Under the pieces are notes generated by a model. That model was given only the letters and a program-made list of their open reading frames with translations. It was not told the origin of the DNA and searched no databases. A DNA stretch of 64,000 nt from the sequence record SRR20825019_2087. The stretch is one strand, 5' to 3'. Positions 9,727 through 18,978 of the stretch are shown here, in pieces. Position 1 is the stretch's first letter. Each line of letters opens with the position of its first letter. The position numbers and the translations under genes are program-made.

Positions 9727-10421
9727 TAGAATTCTCGTTCATAATCCTTGCACTTTTCGCGCTCTTTTTCTTTAGAAAAGGAGTTGCCGAATCGAATAGT
9801 CTTGTGTTTTTTCACATAGCATGGTTACTCGTTGTTGGAATCATTTCATCTACTGATTTTTTGGATAACCCAACCGCTATTCCACCGCGGATCATGATCA
9901 TTATGATTCCAACTATTGTTTCCACTGTGTATTTCTACCAAAAACTCAAGTACAAAACGCTGAATACAAATTACCTTTTGCTTGTGCATGTACTTCGAAT
10001 TCCCGTGGAGTTCGTTCTTCTAAAAATTTACCTAAACGGTCAAATTCCCGTCGAAATGACTTTTGAAGGATGGAATTTTGACATTGTCATGGGAATCACC
10101 GCGCTCATGCTCTTTTCAATTAGTGTGTTTACCAAAAAAACACTCTTTACTTCCCTATTGATCATTTGGAATATTCTGGGAATAATCATGCTTACCACAA
10201 TAGTCGTTATTGCTATTCTTTCTACACCAAGTTTCTTACAACAATTGGCCTTCGAACAACCAAACAAAGCTATTCTGCACTTTCCTACAACCTATTTGGC
10301 ATCTACAATTGTTCCGATTGTTTATCTGAGTCACTTTTTGAGTCTTCGACTTGAAATAAATAAATTGCGATTATTAATCCGCCAGAACAGTTCCGAAATG
10401 ACTCGAGAGCAAGGAAAATAA
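9723..10421 (+). CDS. Conserved multi-pass membrane protein
   Basis: About 7 TM segments, H..RIPVE, G.NFDI..G motifs; ATGA overlap with the upstream gene. Confidence 0.75.
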   Translation: MIEFSFIILALFALFFFRKGVAESNSLVFFHIAWLLVVGIISSTDFLDNPTAIPPRIMIIMIPTIVSTVYFYQKLKYKTLNTNYLLLVHVLRIPVEFVLLKIYLNGQIPVEMTFEGWNFDIVMGITALMLFSISVFTKKTLFTSLLIIWNILGIIMLTTIVVIAILSTPSFLQQLAFEQPNKAILHFPTTYLASTIVPIVYLSHFLSLRLEINKLRLLIRQNSSEMTREQGK

Positions 10422-10438
10422 CTATTCCTGAAAACTAA

Positions 10439-11059
10439 TCACGCTTTAAAAATTTCGATAATCGTTGATAAAATGTATTCAACACCGATGGAAATCACGA
10501 TGAATCCTATGATTCGTGAAAGAGCGTTAATTCCAGATGCTCCGAGTGCCTTCATGATGATGTGAGACGACATTAAAAGCACGCATGTTAGAGCACACGT
10601 AAGCGTAATTGCACCTAGAATCCACAATCGATCGTTTAGCATTTCATTTTCTTGGTAAAATGTGATTAACAAGGAGATAGATCCAGGACCGGCCAACATT
10701 GGAATTGCCAATGGTGTAAGTGTTATGTCTGACCGTGTAAAAGCGTCATCCTTTTCCCTTCTTTTCATTCCTTTATGTCGTGTAAAGTTTCCCGAGAGAA
10801 GTGCAAAACCAGAAGAAGCAATAATGATTCCTCCTGCGATTTTGAGCGACTGAAGGCTGATTCCGAAAAAGGTCAGCAAGTATTTTCCAAGATAAAAGGA
10901 GACGAGCAAAATAATGAGTGTATTGATTGCCGTCCAAATAGCGGTTTCATTAATTGCTTTCCGCGATTTGTCGCTAGTGAGACCAATAAAAATAGGGAGA
11001 GTTCCGAGAGGATTAATGACAGAAAATAGGGCTCCAAAGCTTACAAAAAATAGTTCCAT
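10439..11059 (-). CDS. MarC-family integral membrane protein
   Basis: NPLG..P.F, IAGG, PLAIPMLAGPG.I motifs. Confidence 0.92.
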   Translation of the reverse strand: MELFFVSFGALFSVINPLGTLPIFIGLTSDKSRKAINETAIWTAINTLIILLVSFYLGKYLLTFFGISLQSLKIAGGIIIASSGFALLSGNFTRHKGMKRREKDDAFTRSDITLTPLAIPMLAGPGSISLLITFYQENEMLNDRLWILGAITLTCALTCVLLMSSHIIMKALGASGINALSRIIGFIVISIGVEYILSTIIEIFKA

Positions 11060-11135
11060 GTTTTTTCTGCAAAGTAACCTCTCGCCTGTTTCCAGTGCGC
11101 GTAGTAAAGGTTAACTTGATGTTAAATTAAGGCAT

Positions 11136-11164
11136 AAAAAAAGACCGCCCAATTGGACGGTCTT
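11136..11164 (-). terminator. Intrinsic terminator after the small secreted protein
   Basis: AAGACCG.CCAATTGG.CGGTCTT hairpin with a T run on the minus strand. Confidence 0.75.
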
Positions 11165-11200
11165 AATTAACTATTATTCTAATAATTACTCAAAAGTCGA

Positions 11201-11563
11201 TTATTTTTTCTCCTTCTTTTCTTTTTTCTTTTTCATTTCTTTTTTCTCTGGAGCCGATTCAGAACGCTTGTCTGCATTCTTGTGAACTTCAGTCTCTGGA
11301 GCACCTACAGTTTCTTGTGCTTCTTGCTTATGCATCACTTCAGGACGCTTAGCCTTTCTTCCAGCTGGATCTTGCGTTGGTTTAACTGCAGGAGCAGCTT
11401 CCTCTTTAGCTCCAGTAGGTGCTACTATTACAGGCTTTCTTTCTTGCGTGATTGGAACTGTTTGTTGTTCCTTAACTGGAGTTTTTCTTTCTGTTTCTGT
11501 TTGTGCGCTGGACGTAAATCCAATTCCCACTATAGCTGTTAAAGCAATAAATACACTTTTCAT
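11201..11563 (-). CDS. Small exported low-complexity (K/E/P/A-rich) protein
   Basis: Signal peptide ending SSA|Q, disordered composition, poly-Lys/Glu tail, own promoter and terminator. Confidence 0.75.
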   Translation of the reverse strand: MKSVFIALTAIVGIGFTSSAQTETERKTPVKEQQTVPITQERKPVIVAPTGAKEEAAPAVKPTQDPAGRKAKRPEVMHKQEAQETVGAPETEVHKNADKRSESAPEKKEMKKKKEKKEKK

Positions 11564-11593
11564 CTTTCTTGTTTTTTAGTTTGATAGCACTAA

Positions 11594-11610
11594 TTCAATA
11601 TCTATGCCAA
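11594..11610 (-). promoter_or_regulatory. Putative sigma-54 (-24/-12) promoter
   Basis: TTGGCATAGATATTGAA: GG-N10-GA spacing, 30 nt upstream of ATG 11563. Confidence 0.55.
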
Positions 11611-11700
11611 ATTACAGTTTTATCCTGAATCTTAAAAACAACTTTTGTTAACATGTCTAATTCGTTCAAAATTGGTTAGTATGGAAAGGCATTCGTATTT

Positions 11701-13419
11701 TTGCATGAATTCAACGGCGTGTTAGAGACAAATCCAATTGAGAAAACTGAAGTCGTGAAGACTTTCTTTACTGAGTTTACATCAGATGTCAGTTCAATTG
11801 TCCTGCCGAAAAAATTCACCTTTCCTTTTTATTATCGTCCCCATGAACTCGCTAAACGTGCTGCTTCAGAATTGCAGGTTTATTTGAACGAGCAGAAAGA
11901 TTGGACCCATAACTTTGGAATCGATCCTGAAGCTGAAGGAATGGTTATTGGTAAAATGTTCGGTGTACTTGTAGTCCAAAACGGCGCAGGTGAACTAGGT
12001 TACCTCTCTGCATTTTCGGGAAAACTTGCGGGAAAGAACGATCACCCGAGATTTGTCCCTCCCGTTTTTGACATGCTCACAACCGATGGTTTCTTTAATC
12101 AAGAAGTTCAAGTACTGAACAAAATGAACGAAGAAGTTGAGCAATTGGAGAATTCTGAAGAATTCAAAGCTTTCGAAGCTCATTACAACGTAGAGCATAA
12201 ACATCTTTCCGACTTGCTCGAAAACGCACGTTTAGAACAAGTTGAAGGTCGAAGAATCCGAAAAGAACGCAGAGAAAAAGCAAGAAGTGAAATTTCCGCA
12301 GCAGAATTTGAGAAGTTTGAAAAACAACTTATTCAAGAGAGCTTGCATCAAAAGCATCTTTACAAAACATTCTCTCAAGAAAAAAAGATCGAGATTTCTG
12401 CGTTAGAAGACGAACTAAAAAAACGCGTCGATAGAATTAAACAGCTAAAAAGCGAACGAAAAAAATACTCCTATAACTTACAGCAGCGATTATTCGACCA
12501 ATATCACTTTTTGAATAATCAGGGAGAAATAAAGCGATTAACGGAGCTTTTTGAGGGAATTCCACCATCAGGAGCAGGAGAATGCGCAGCGCCGAAATTA
12601 CTTCACTATGCGTTTGAGAACAATCTAACGCCCATCGCATTAGCGGAATTTTGGTGGGGAGCATCCCCAAAATCAGAGATTCGAAAGCATGGTTTTTACT
12701 ATCCTGCCTGTCAAGGAAAGTGCAAACCTATTCTTACACACATGCTGAGTGGAACAGAAATGGATGAAAATCCTATGCTCAAAAATGCAGCTGAAGGGAA
12801 ATCACTTCCTGTTGTATATGAAGATCAGTATCTTTTGGTGATCAACAAACCCGCTGAGTTCTTATCTGTCCCTGGAAAAACAATCAAAGATTGCGTTTAT
12901 GAGCGAATGCGACAAGATTATCCGCATGCGACTGGACCACTCATCGTTCATCGTCTTGATATGTCGACTTCTGGACTGCTTCTTGTGGCAAAATCCATGG
13001 AAATTCATAAGGAACTTCAAAAACAATTTATTGATCGAACCATAAAGAAACGTTACGTTGCTTTGCTTGAAGGAACATTAACTGAAGACAACGGAACCAT
13101 TGAATTGCCGCTCAGGGTTGATCTCGATGATCGTCCACGACAGTTGGTTTGTTCCGAACATGGAAAGCATGCGAAGACAGTTTGGAGAGTACTTGAAAGG
13201 AGAAACAATCGAACGAAAGTCCATTTTGTGCCAATTACTGGAAGAACGCATCAACTCAGAGTTCACGCCGCACATTCACTTGGATTAGATGCTGCAATCG
13301 TTGGAGATGATTTATACGGAGAACCCGCAGACAGACTTTACTTGCACGCCGAATTACTAGAATTCAAGCATCCGATTACCAAAAAGACATTAAAAATTCA
13401 TGTATCACCTGATTTCTAA
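11701..13419 (+). CDS. Long-form RluA-family RNA pseudouridine synthase
   Basis: NKPAEFLSVPG, HRLDMSTSG, TGRTHQLRVH, GD.LYG, L.LHA; large N-terminal extension; true start is probably slightly downstream of TTG 11701. Confidence 0.9.
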   Translation: MHEFNGVLETNPIEKTEVVKTFFTEFTSDVSSIVLPKKFTFPFYYRPHELAKRAASELQVYLNEQKDWTHNFGIDPEAEGMVIGKMFGVLVVQNGAGELGYLSAFSGKLAGKNDHPRFVPPVFDMLTTDGFFNQEVQVLNKMNEEVEQLENSEEFKAFEAHYNVEHKHLSDLLENARLEQVEGRRIRKERREKARSEISAAEFEKFEKQLIQESLHQKHLYKTFSQEKKIEISALEDELKKRVDRIKQLKSERKKYSYNLQQRLFDQYHFLNNQGEIKRLTELFEGIPPSGAGECAAPKLLHYAFENNLTPIALAEFWWGASPKSEIRKHGFYYPACQGKCKPILTHMLSGTEMDENPMLKNAAEGKSLPVVYEDQYLLVINKPAEFLSVPGKTIKDCVYERMRQDYPHATGPLIVHRLDMSTSGLLLVAKSMEIHKELQKQFIDRTIKKRYVALLEGTLTEDNGTIELPLRVDLDDRPRQLVCSEHGKHAKTVWRVLERRNNRTKVHFVPITGRTHQLRVHAAHSLGLDAAIVGDDLYGEPADRLYLHAELLEFKHPITKKTLKIHVSPDF

Positions 13420-13425
13420 AACAAC

Positions 13426-13923
13426 ATGAAAATAAAAATTAGAAAAGCTGAGATTACCGACATTGAGAGCATTCTCGAGATCGTTAACTACGAAATCGCT
13501 CATACAACCGTCATTTATGATTATGCGGAGAAAACACTTGACGAGCAATTGGCTTGGTACAAGGATAAAATTGACCATAGCTTCCCGGTTATTGTGGCAA
13601 TAAAGGATGGAAAGGTTGTTGGTTTCGGTACCTATGGTTATTTCAGAACAAAAGCGGCATATCAAAAAACGATAGAACACTCGATTTACATTGCGAAGGA
13701 TTTTAGAGGATTTGGAATTGGGCACTTGCTTATGGAAAAACTTATTGAAATGGCAAAAACTGATGGATTTCATGTAATGATTGGCGTTATTGATGCTTCA
13801 AACGTTGGAAGTATTGAGTTTCACGAGCGATTCGGTTTTTCGGTAGCTGGTAAGTTTAAAGAAGTTGGTTACAAATTTGACCAATGGTTAGACATTCTCT
13901 TCATGCAAAAAATGCTTAATTAA
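13426..13923 (+). CDS. GNAT N-acetyltransferase (YncA/Pat-like)
   Basis: EHSIYI..DFRG.GIG, N..S..FHE.FGF, VGYKFD.WLD. Confidence 0.9.
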   Translation: MKIKIRKAEITDIESILEIVNYEIAHTTVIYDYAEKTLDEQLAWYKDKIDHSFPVIVAIKDGKVVGFGTYGYFRTKAAYQKTIEHSIYIAKDFRGFGIGHLLMEKLIEMAKTDGFHVMIGVIDASNVGSIEFHERFGFSVAGKFKEVGYKFDQWLDILFMQKMLN

Positions 13924-13932
13924 AACGATACT

Positions 13933-14472
13933 ATGACGGATTCCTTGTATCACCTTCGATTTCCTATTGGAGAATTTATCCCTCCAGAAAAAATTACTGC
14001 TGATCATTTTTCCACATGGATTTCGACAATAGAAAAGTTTCCTTCTCGTTTAACCCAATTGCTTAAAACGGTTTCTGAAGATCAACTCAATTGGCGTTAC
14101 CGTCCAGATGGATGGACAATTTTACAAGTCGTACATCATTGTTCAGATAGTCACATAAATTGCCTAATTCGATTTAAACTCGCTCTCACGGAAGAAAACC
14201 CGACTATTAAGCCGTATGATGAAGCTAAATGGGCCGGACTTCCTGATTATGCGTTCTCACCTGATGTCTCCATGACAATGTTGACCGCTGTACATTCCAA
14301 GTTGTCGATTCTCTTACGCAGCATGACGGAGAACGAATTTAACAGAACCTATTTTCATCCTGAACATCAGGCGTCTTTTCAGTTAAGCGAAATCTTGGGA
14401 ATGTATGCGTGGCACTGTGATCATCATTTTGCGCATATTGAGCAGGGACTTGCTTCCAAAGGAATCTATTAA
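13933..14472 (+). CDS. YfiT/BstA-family bacillithiol transferase (DinB superfamily)
   Basis: LRFPIG, YRPDGWT..QVVHH..DSH, PTIKPYDE..WA, YAWH..HH. Confidence 0.88.
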   Translation: MTDSLYHLRFPIGEFIPPEKITADHFSTWISTIEKFPSRLTQLLKTVSEDQLNWRYRPDGWTILQVVHHCSDSHINCLIRFKLALTEENPTIKPYDEAKWAGLPDYAFSPDVSMTMLTAVHSKLSILLRSMTENEFNRTYFHPEHQASFQLSEILGMYAWHCDHHFAHIEQGLASKGIY

Positions 14473-14476
14473 TCCG

Positions 14477-14977
14477 ATGAAAAAACTACTAACATATTTA
14501 GTTATCGTCCTTGTAATCGGTGGAATTGGAATGTACGCTTATATCAAACTTTCTGCTGCTGAAAAAGGAGAATTGGCACCAGAAATTGAAGCTACGTTGA
14601 TGGACGGGAGCACATTCAAACTCAGTGAACTCAAAGGAAACTACGTTTTACTCGATTTTTGGGGATCTTGGTGTTTACCTTGTAGGCGAGAGAATCCAGA
14701 ATTAGTAAAAATCCATGAAGCGTTCGGCGACCAACTCATCATTGTTTCAGTTGCGCTGGAAAAAGATAAGGAAGCAGGGATTCAAGCAAGTATTCAAGAT
14801 GGATTTACATGGAAACATCAAATCATTGAGCAAACACCTTTTGTTTTAATGTCGGCAATTGCCAGAAAATATGGCGTGACAGAAATCCCACAAAAGTTCC
14901 TTATCGACCCAGAAGGAAGAATAACGAATGCCTCGACCTACGAAGATATCTATTCAGCGTTGAGCGTTAAACGTTAG
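14477..14977 (+). CDS. TlpA/ResA-family thiol-disulfide oxidoreductase
   Basis: N-terminal TM, LLDFWGSWCLPCR, IP..FLIDPEG. Confidence 0.9.
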   Translation: MKKLLTYLVIVLVIGGIGMYAYIKLSAAEKGELAPEIEATLMDGSTFKLSELKGNYVLLDFWGSWCLPCRRENPELVKIHEAFGDQLIIVSVALEKDKEAGIQASIQDGFTWKHQIIEQTPFVLMSAIARKYGVTEIPQKFLIDPEGRITNASTYEDIYSALSVKR

Positions 14978-14995
14978 AAATAAATCAGACGGTTC

Positions 14996-15826
14996 TTAAA
15001 CCGACATGAAAGAGAAATTCGAATTGATGACAGATAATTCTTCCGCATTCACCGTAAGAACAGGCACCTGAAGTTCATTTTCAAGCACAAGCTGAATAAA
15101 CGAGTTTGGATTTGGGAAGATTCCCTCTTTAAAATACGACGCTGCGATTACATCAACATCTACCGATGCAGCATACGCCAATAATTCCTTTTCATAAGAA
15201 TCTGTTTTTGGCAAATTCACAATTTCGTGTTCTACACCGTTATCTGTAAGGTGTTTTCTAACCACCAATTGATTCGACTGCGTCTTTCTTTTCAACCATT
15301 GATCCTTATCGTGATAACCTACCAAATGAATCTTAGCGTTGAACTTTTTAGCTATACTCGAAGCAAACGTTACAATTTGAATTGATTCCTTTGCAAAGCT
15401 AAATGGCATTACAATGGTTTTAATTTTATCAACTGTTTTCTTTCCTTGAGTAATTAAAAAAGGAGAGCTAGCGTTGCTAATCATTTTTACTGCGTGACTA
15501 CCAAAAATCTTCTGCATTCCTTTTGCTCCGTGAGTTCCCATCACAATCAGGGCTGCTTTTAATATGTCACCTGCTTTGCCAACATCTTCAAAAATATCAC
15601 CTACAATTACATTTGTGGTAACCAATTCTCGGTGCTCTTCCTTCACTCCTGCAACTACTTCACGAAATCTAACACGTGCTTCTTCTTTTTCCGAAGATTT
15701 TGCAACGACATGCAATAAGTACACTGAGCCGCTATTTGCTTCAGCAAGATCAATTGCAAGTTGAAGAGCGCTTTCAGAAACTGGAGTAAAATCGAAAGGA
15801 ACAAGGTAAAGAGGTTGTGTAGACAT
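14996..15826 (-). CDS. Universal stress protein (tandem Usp domains)
   Basis: LVPFDF, LIVMGTHG..G....FGS. Confidence 0.88.
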   Translation of the reverse strand: MSTQPLYLVPFDFTPVSESALQLAIDLAEANSGSVYLLHVVAKSSEKEEARVRFREVVAGVKEEHRELVTTNVIVGDIFEDVGKAGDILKAALIVMGTHGAKGMQKIFGSHAVKMISNASSPFLITQGKKTVDKIKTIVMPFSFAKESIQIVTFASSIAKKFNAKIHLVGYHDKDQWLKRKTQSNQLVVRKHLTDNGVEHEIVNLPKTDSYEKELLAYAASVDVDVIAASYFKEGIFPNPNSFIQLVLENELQVPVLTVNAEELSVINSNFSFMSV

Positions 15827-15917
15827 ATAGTTATAATTTAGCTCGATAAAAGTAGCAATTTACTCGATAAGAGTGGGAGATTACCGCGAAGAGTTCGTGA
15901 AAACTTCTTATTTAGTT

Positions 15918-17021
15918 TCAAAAACCCAATTCCAACTGAACCGAGACACTTTCTTCTTCTGGTTCGTCGGTATCAAGCTTAGAAATCGAGATTCCGAGCA
16001 ATCTTACTGGCTTTGTAATTTCCTCTTGCTCTAATAAACTCTGAACAATCGGGAAAAAGAACTGTTTTTCGGAAACAAACGTGTCCAGCGTTTTGCTTCT
16101 TGTTTGCAATGTGAAATCGTTGTACTTGATTTTAAGCGTAATTGTCTTCCCTTGAAGCTCATTGCGAGTCATTCGCCGTTCAAGGTCGTCTGCGATTGCA
16201 GACAAGCGTTCTAGCATGAAGTCGATCGCGTTTAAATCTTGACTAAACGTTCTCTCGGCGGCTATTGATTTCCTAGTTCGATCTGGCTCAACAACGCTGT
16301 GCTGAACACCGCGAACGATGTCATAAAAATGCCTCCCCGCTTTGCCAAAAAACTGTGTTAAATAATCAAGCGATCGCTCTTTTAAATCACGACCGATAAA
16401 AATACCGTGCGTCTTCATTTTATCAGCAGTCACCTTCCCTACTCCGAAGAATTTTTCGATTGGCAAGCGCTCCAGAAACTCAATCACTTCATCTGGTGGA
16501 ATTGTTTTTTGACCATTTGGTTTATTAATATCGGAGGCAATCTTGGCAGTGAATTTATTAATTGAAATTCCCGCTGAAGCATTTAATCCAACCTCCTGTA
16601 AAATACGAGATCTTATTTCAAGGGCTAAAAGCGTTGCACTTGGATGATTGAATTTGTTTTCTGTAACATCTAGGAAAGCTTCATCCAATGAAAGCGGTTC
16701 AACGAGATCGGTATATTCATAAAATATCGACTGAATCTGTTGTGAAATCTCTTTGTAACGATCAAATCTCGGTGGGACAAAAATCAATTGGGGACACCTG
16801 CGCGCAGCCATAATTCCCGACATTGCCGATCGAACTCCAAATTTCCGTGCTTCGTAACTCGCTGCGGATACAACACCGCGCTCCTCAGAACCTCCAACCG
16901 CGAGTGGCTTCCCGCGAAGAAGCGGATTGTCAAGTTGTTCAACCGAAGCATAAAACGCGTCCATATCGACGTGAATTATCTTTCTAATAGGAAAGTCGTA
17001 TGCGCTCCAATCTTGATTCAT
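15918..17021 (-). CDS. dinB: DNA polymerase IV
   Basis: IIHVDMDAFYASVEQ, SYEARKFGVRSAM, SLDEAFLD, VRLLGI. Confidence 0.97.
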   Translation of the reverse strand: MNQDWSAYDFPIRKIIHVDMDAFYASVEQLDNPLLRGKPLAVGGSEERGVVSAASYEARKFGVRSAMSGIMAARRCPQLIFVPPRFDRYKEISQQIQSIFYEYTDLVEPLSLDEAFLDVTENKFNHPSATLLALEIRSRILQEVGLNASAGISINKFTAKIASDINKPNGQKTIPPDEVIEFLERLPIEKFFGVGKVTADKMKTHGIFIGRDLKERSLDYLTQFFGKAGRHFYDIVRGVQHSVVEPDRTRKSIAAERTFSQDLNAIDFMLERLSAIADDLERRMTRNELQGKTITLKIKYNDFTLQTRSKTLDTFVSEKQFFFPIVQSLLEQEEITKPVRLLGISISKLDTDEPEEESVSVQLELGF

Positions 17022-17056
17022 TGCAACAAAGATATCATCCTTTGATCTTGCCTGTA

Positions 17057-17728
17057 CTATAAATGTCGAAGATTCCCTTCGGGTAAGGCACTATAGATAG
17101 AAGTGCGAATCTTGGCTGATTTCAACGCCCTGTTCGTCCAAACATTACAGGTATTGAATAAGTGATAACTTCCTTTCGCTTCGTAGAAATTATCTCGTCC
17201 CCAGTATCCCTTTCCTTTAATCAATTGGATTCTGTGTTCTTTGTAGGAAAAACTCTTCTTGATAAATCGGACGAGGTCTGCGTAGCGCTCAGTAGAAATT
17301 TGAATTTTCTTTATGTTCGACGTTTTCTTCGGTAAATCCAAGTATTCGACATGCATAGCTGTTCCGCTTGGGAGAAAAACAGCATTAAAAGCCGTTGAGA
17401 ATTTTAATTCAGCCCATGTTGGAGTATTGAGAAAAAAACCTTTATCCCCCCAACCAATTCCGATAAAATCGCGCTTCGTGCTATCCTCAAAATCGGACAA
17501 TGGAAAAACAGCGTTCCAATTCGCCGTTTTCGTAACTACGGGAAGGCATAAATCTGTATGAACTCCGTTGGATCGAAGGTAAATAGTTACTTCTTCATCT
17601 TGGGAGAGTTCACCGCAAGGAATGATCATTCCGATTAATACAATTAACACGTAGGAACACAAAAACAGAAAGAAGAGTTCAAAAAACCTTCCAACCCCTT
17701 TCAAAAATGTGACAGCTATCTTTTTCAA
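17057..17728 (-). CDS. DUF2459 / TIGR02117-family protein
   Basis: NGVHTD...P, GWGDKGFF..TPTW, FYEA.G.Y....TCN.W. Confidence 0.8.
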   Translation of the reverse strand: MKKIAVTFLKGVGRFFELFFLFLCSYVLIVLIGMIIPCGELSQDEEVTIYLRSNGVHTDLCLPVVTKTANWNAVFPLSDFEDSTKRDFIGIGWGDKGFFLNTPTWAELKFSTAFNAVFLPSGTAMHVEYLDLPKKTSNIKKIQISTERYADLVRFIKKSFSYKEHRIQLIKGKGYWGRDNFYEAKGSYHLFNTCNVWTNRALKSAKIRTSIYSALPEGNLRHL

Positions 17729-17744
17729 ATACGTGTACTTGAGA

Positions 17745-17873
17745 CTATTTCTCGTCGTTAAGATCGGTATCGATCATCGTATCATTCTGTGCTGCTTTCT
17801 TCTTTTCCTGTGCGTTCTTGACAAGGTAAATAATCAAACCAACTACGCCTCCAATAAGTGCTCCCATTAACAT
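17745..17873 (-). CDS. 42-aa single-TM microprotein (not in the ORF track)
   Basis: Manual translation MLMGALIGGVVGLIIYLVKNAQEKKKAAQNDTMIDTDLNDEK*; hydrophobic GxxxG helix then a basic patch and acidic tail; ends 16 nt before the next gene. Confidence 0.7.
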   Translation of the reverse strand: MLMGALIGGVVGLIIYLVKNAQEKKKAAQNDTMIDTDLNDEK

Positions 17874-17936
17874 ACGCTACGATTTTTAAGATTAAGACGT
17901 ACAAGATAGCAATTAGAATCAAACAGAGCTATCCAA

Positions 17937-18003
17937 AATAAAAAAGGAGATCAGCGCTGACTGTCTCCTAAAATTCAATGATATCGCGGTTAGACTTATC
18001 ATT
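17937..18003 (-). ncRNA. Candidate small RNA of about 65 nt
   Basis: -7 element TAGATTTG (18014-18007), short non-coding body, GGAGA..TCAG-CG-CTGA-TCTCC hairpin and T run. Confidence 0.35.
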
Positions 18004-18078
18004 AGTCAAATCTAACTCTCGTAAGCTTGATATGCAATACGGAAAATACGTAATCTACTATGCGGAATTCCGCAATGC

Positions 18079-18978
18079 TTAATCCAATGTGAAACGAATT
18101 GGTAGCGAACACCTTGTTCTCACAATTATCCCGCCATTTTCTGCAGGCACCCAGTTAGGCATTAGCAATACAACCCGAATCGCTTCTTGATCTAATGATT
18201 CATGCACTCCTCTACTTACTTTAATCCCCGAAAAGCTCCCATCAATTTCCACAATGAATGAAATATAGACCACTCCTTGAATGTTCTTTTCTATTGCCTC
18301 CATGGGATACCAAACTATTTCAGAAATAAATTCTTTCATTCTAACAACTCCTCCAGTAAATTCCGCATCTACATCTGGAAATTCAACCATTTCACCTTTT
18401 AAATCTGCTTGTGATTCTAATTTCTGATTATAAATAGCAATCACTTTATCTTTTAGCTCTTGATTCCCTTCATAAGGATCGTAATTGTAATCATCCTCAA
18501 TACCAGAAAGGTCTATGATTTCGCGTTCCTCTTTTAAACTAAAATCCGTTGAATCTTCAATTAATCCTTGCTCATTGTACGTGTACCAAATACCTTCAAG
18601 GCCATCTGTACCTATCTTTCCTGATGTCTTCAAATTTCCATTCTCATAATACGTTTCCATGTACTTCAATGGTGATCCAGGAACTATTTTACTAGATAAA
18701 CTTCCATTTTCATAGTACGTCAACATATCATCAACGGGTTCATCATTTTTAAATATGACTTTCATCTGAATATTTCCACTTGGATATCTCGCTTCAAACT
18801 TTCCGTTCTTCTTTCCTTTTTTGTATTTTCCTTTCATGGAAATTTCCCCATTCGGATGCTGAGAAATACATTTTCCAGAATAATTTTCAGGGATTTCTCC
18901 TGTACAGTCGACTTGAGACAACGAATGGAAACCATTCATTACCAACACTATAAATGAAACACTAAAGATTAATTTCAT
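18079..18978 (-). CDS. TonB C-terminal domain protein with MORN-like repeats
   Basis: Signal peptide, repeated YYENG.L / G.W..Y...G units, C-terminal YP.EA....IQG.V...F.V..DG...LDQEAIRVV..MP.W.PA. Confidence 0.8.
   Translation of the reverse strand: MKLIFSVSFIVLVMNGFHSLSQVDCTGEIPENYSGKCISQHPNGEISMKGKYKKGKKNGKFEARYPSGNIQMKVIFKNDEPVDDMLTYYENGSLSSKIVPGSPLKYMETYYENGNLKTSGKIGTDGLEGIWYTYNEQGLIEDSTDFSLKEEREIIDLSGIEDDYNYDPYEGNQELKDKVIAIYNQKLESQADLKGEMVEFPDVDAEFTGGVVRMKEFISEIVWYPMEAIEKNIQGVVYISFIVEIDGSFSGIKVSRGVHESLDQEAIRVVLLMPNWVPAENGGIIVRTRCSLPIRFTLD

Noticed and set aside
212-17021. alkB, alkD-like and dinB as a DNA-damage island
   Set aside because: They are scattered among unrelated genes, and I saw no shared operator
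17928-18002. 24-codon ORF (MISLTAIS...) across the candidate sRNA
   Set aside because: It runs through the terminator hairpin and T tract and has no coding-like features
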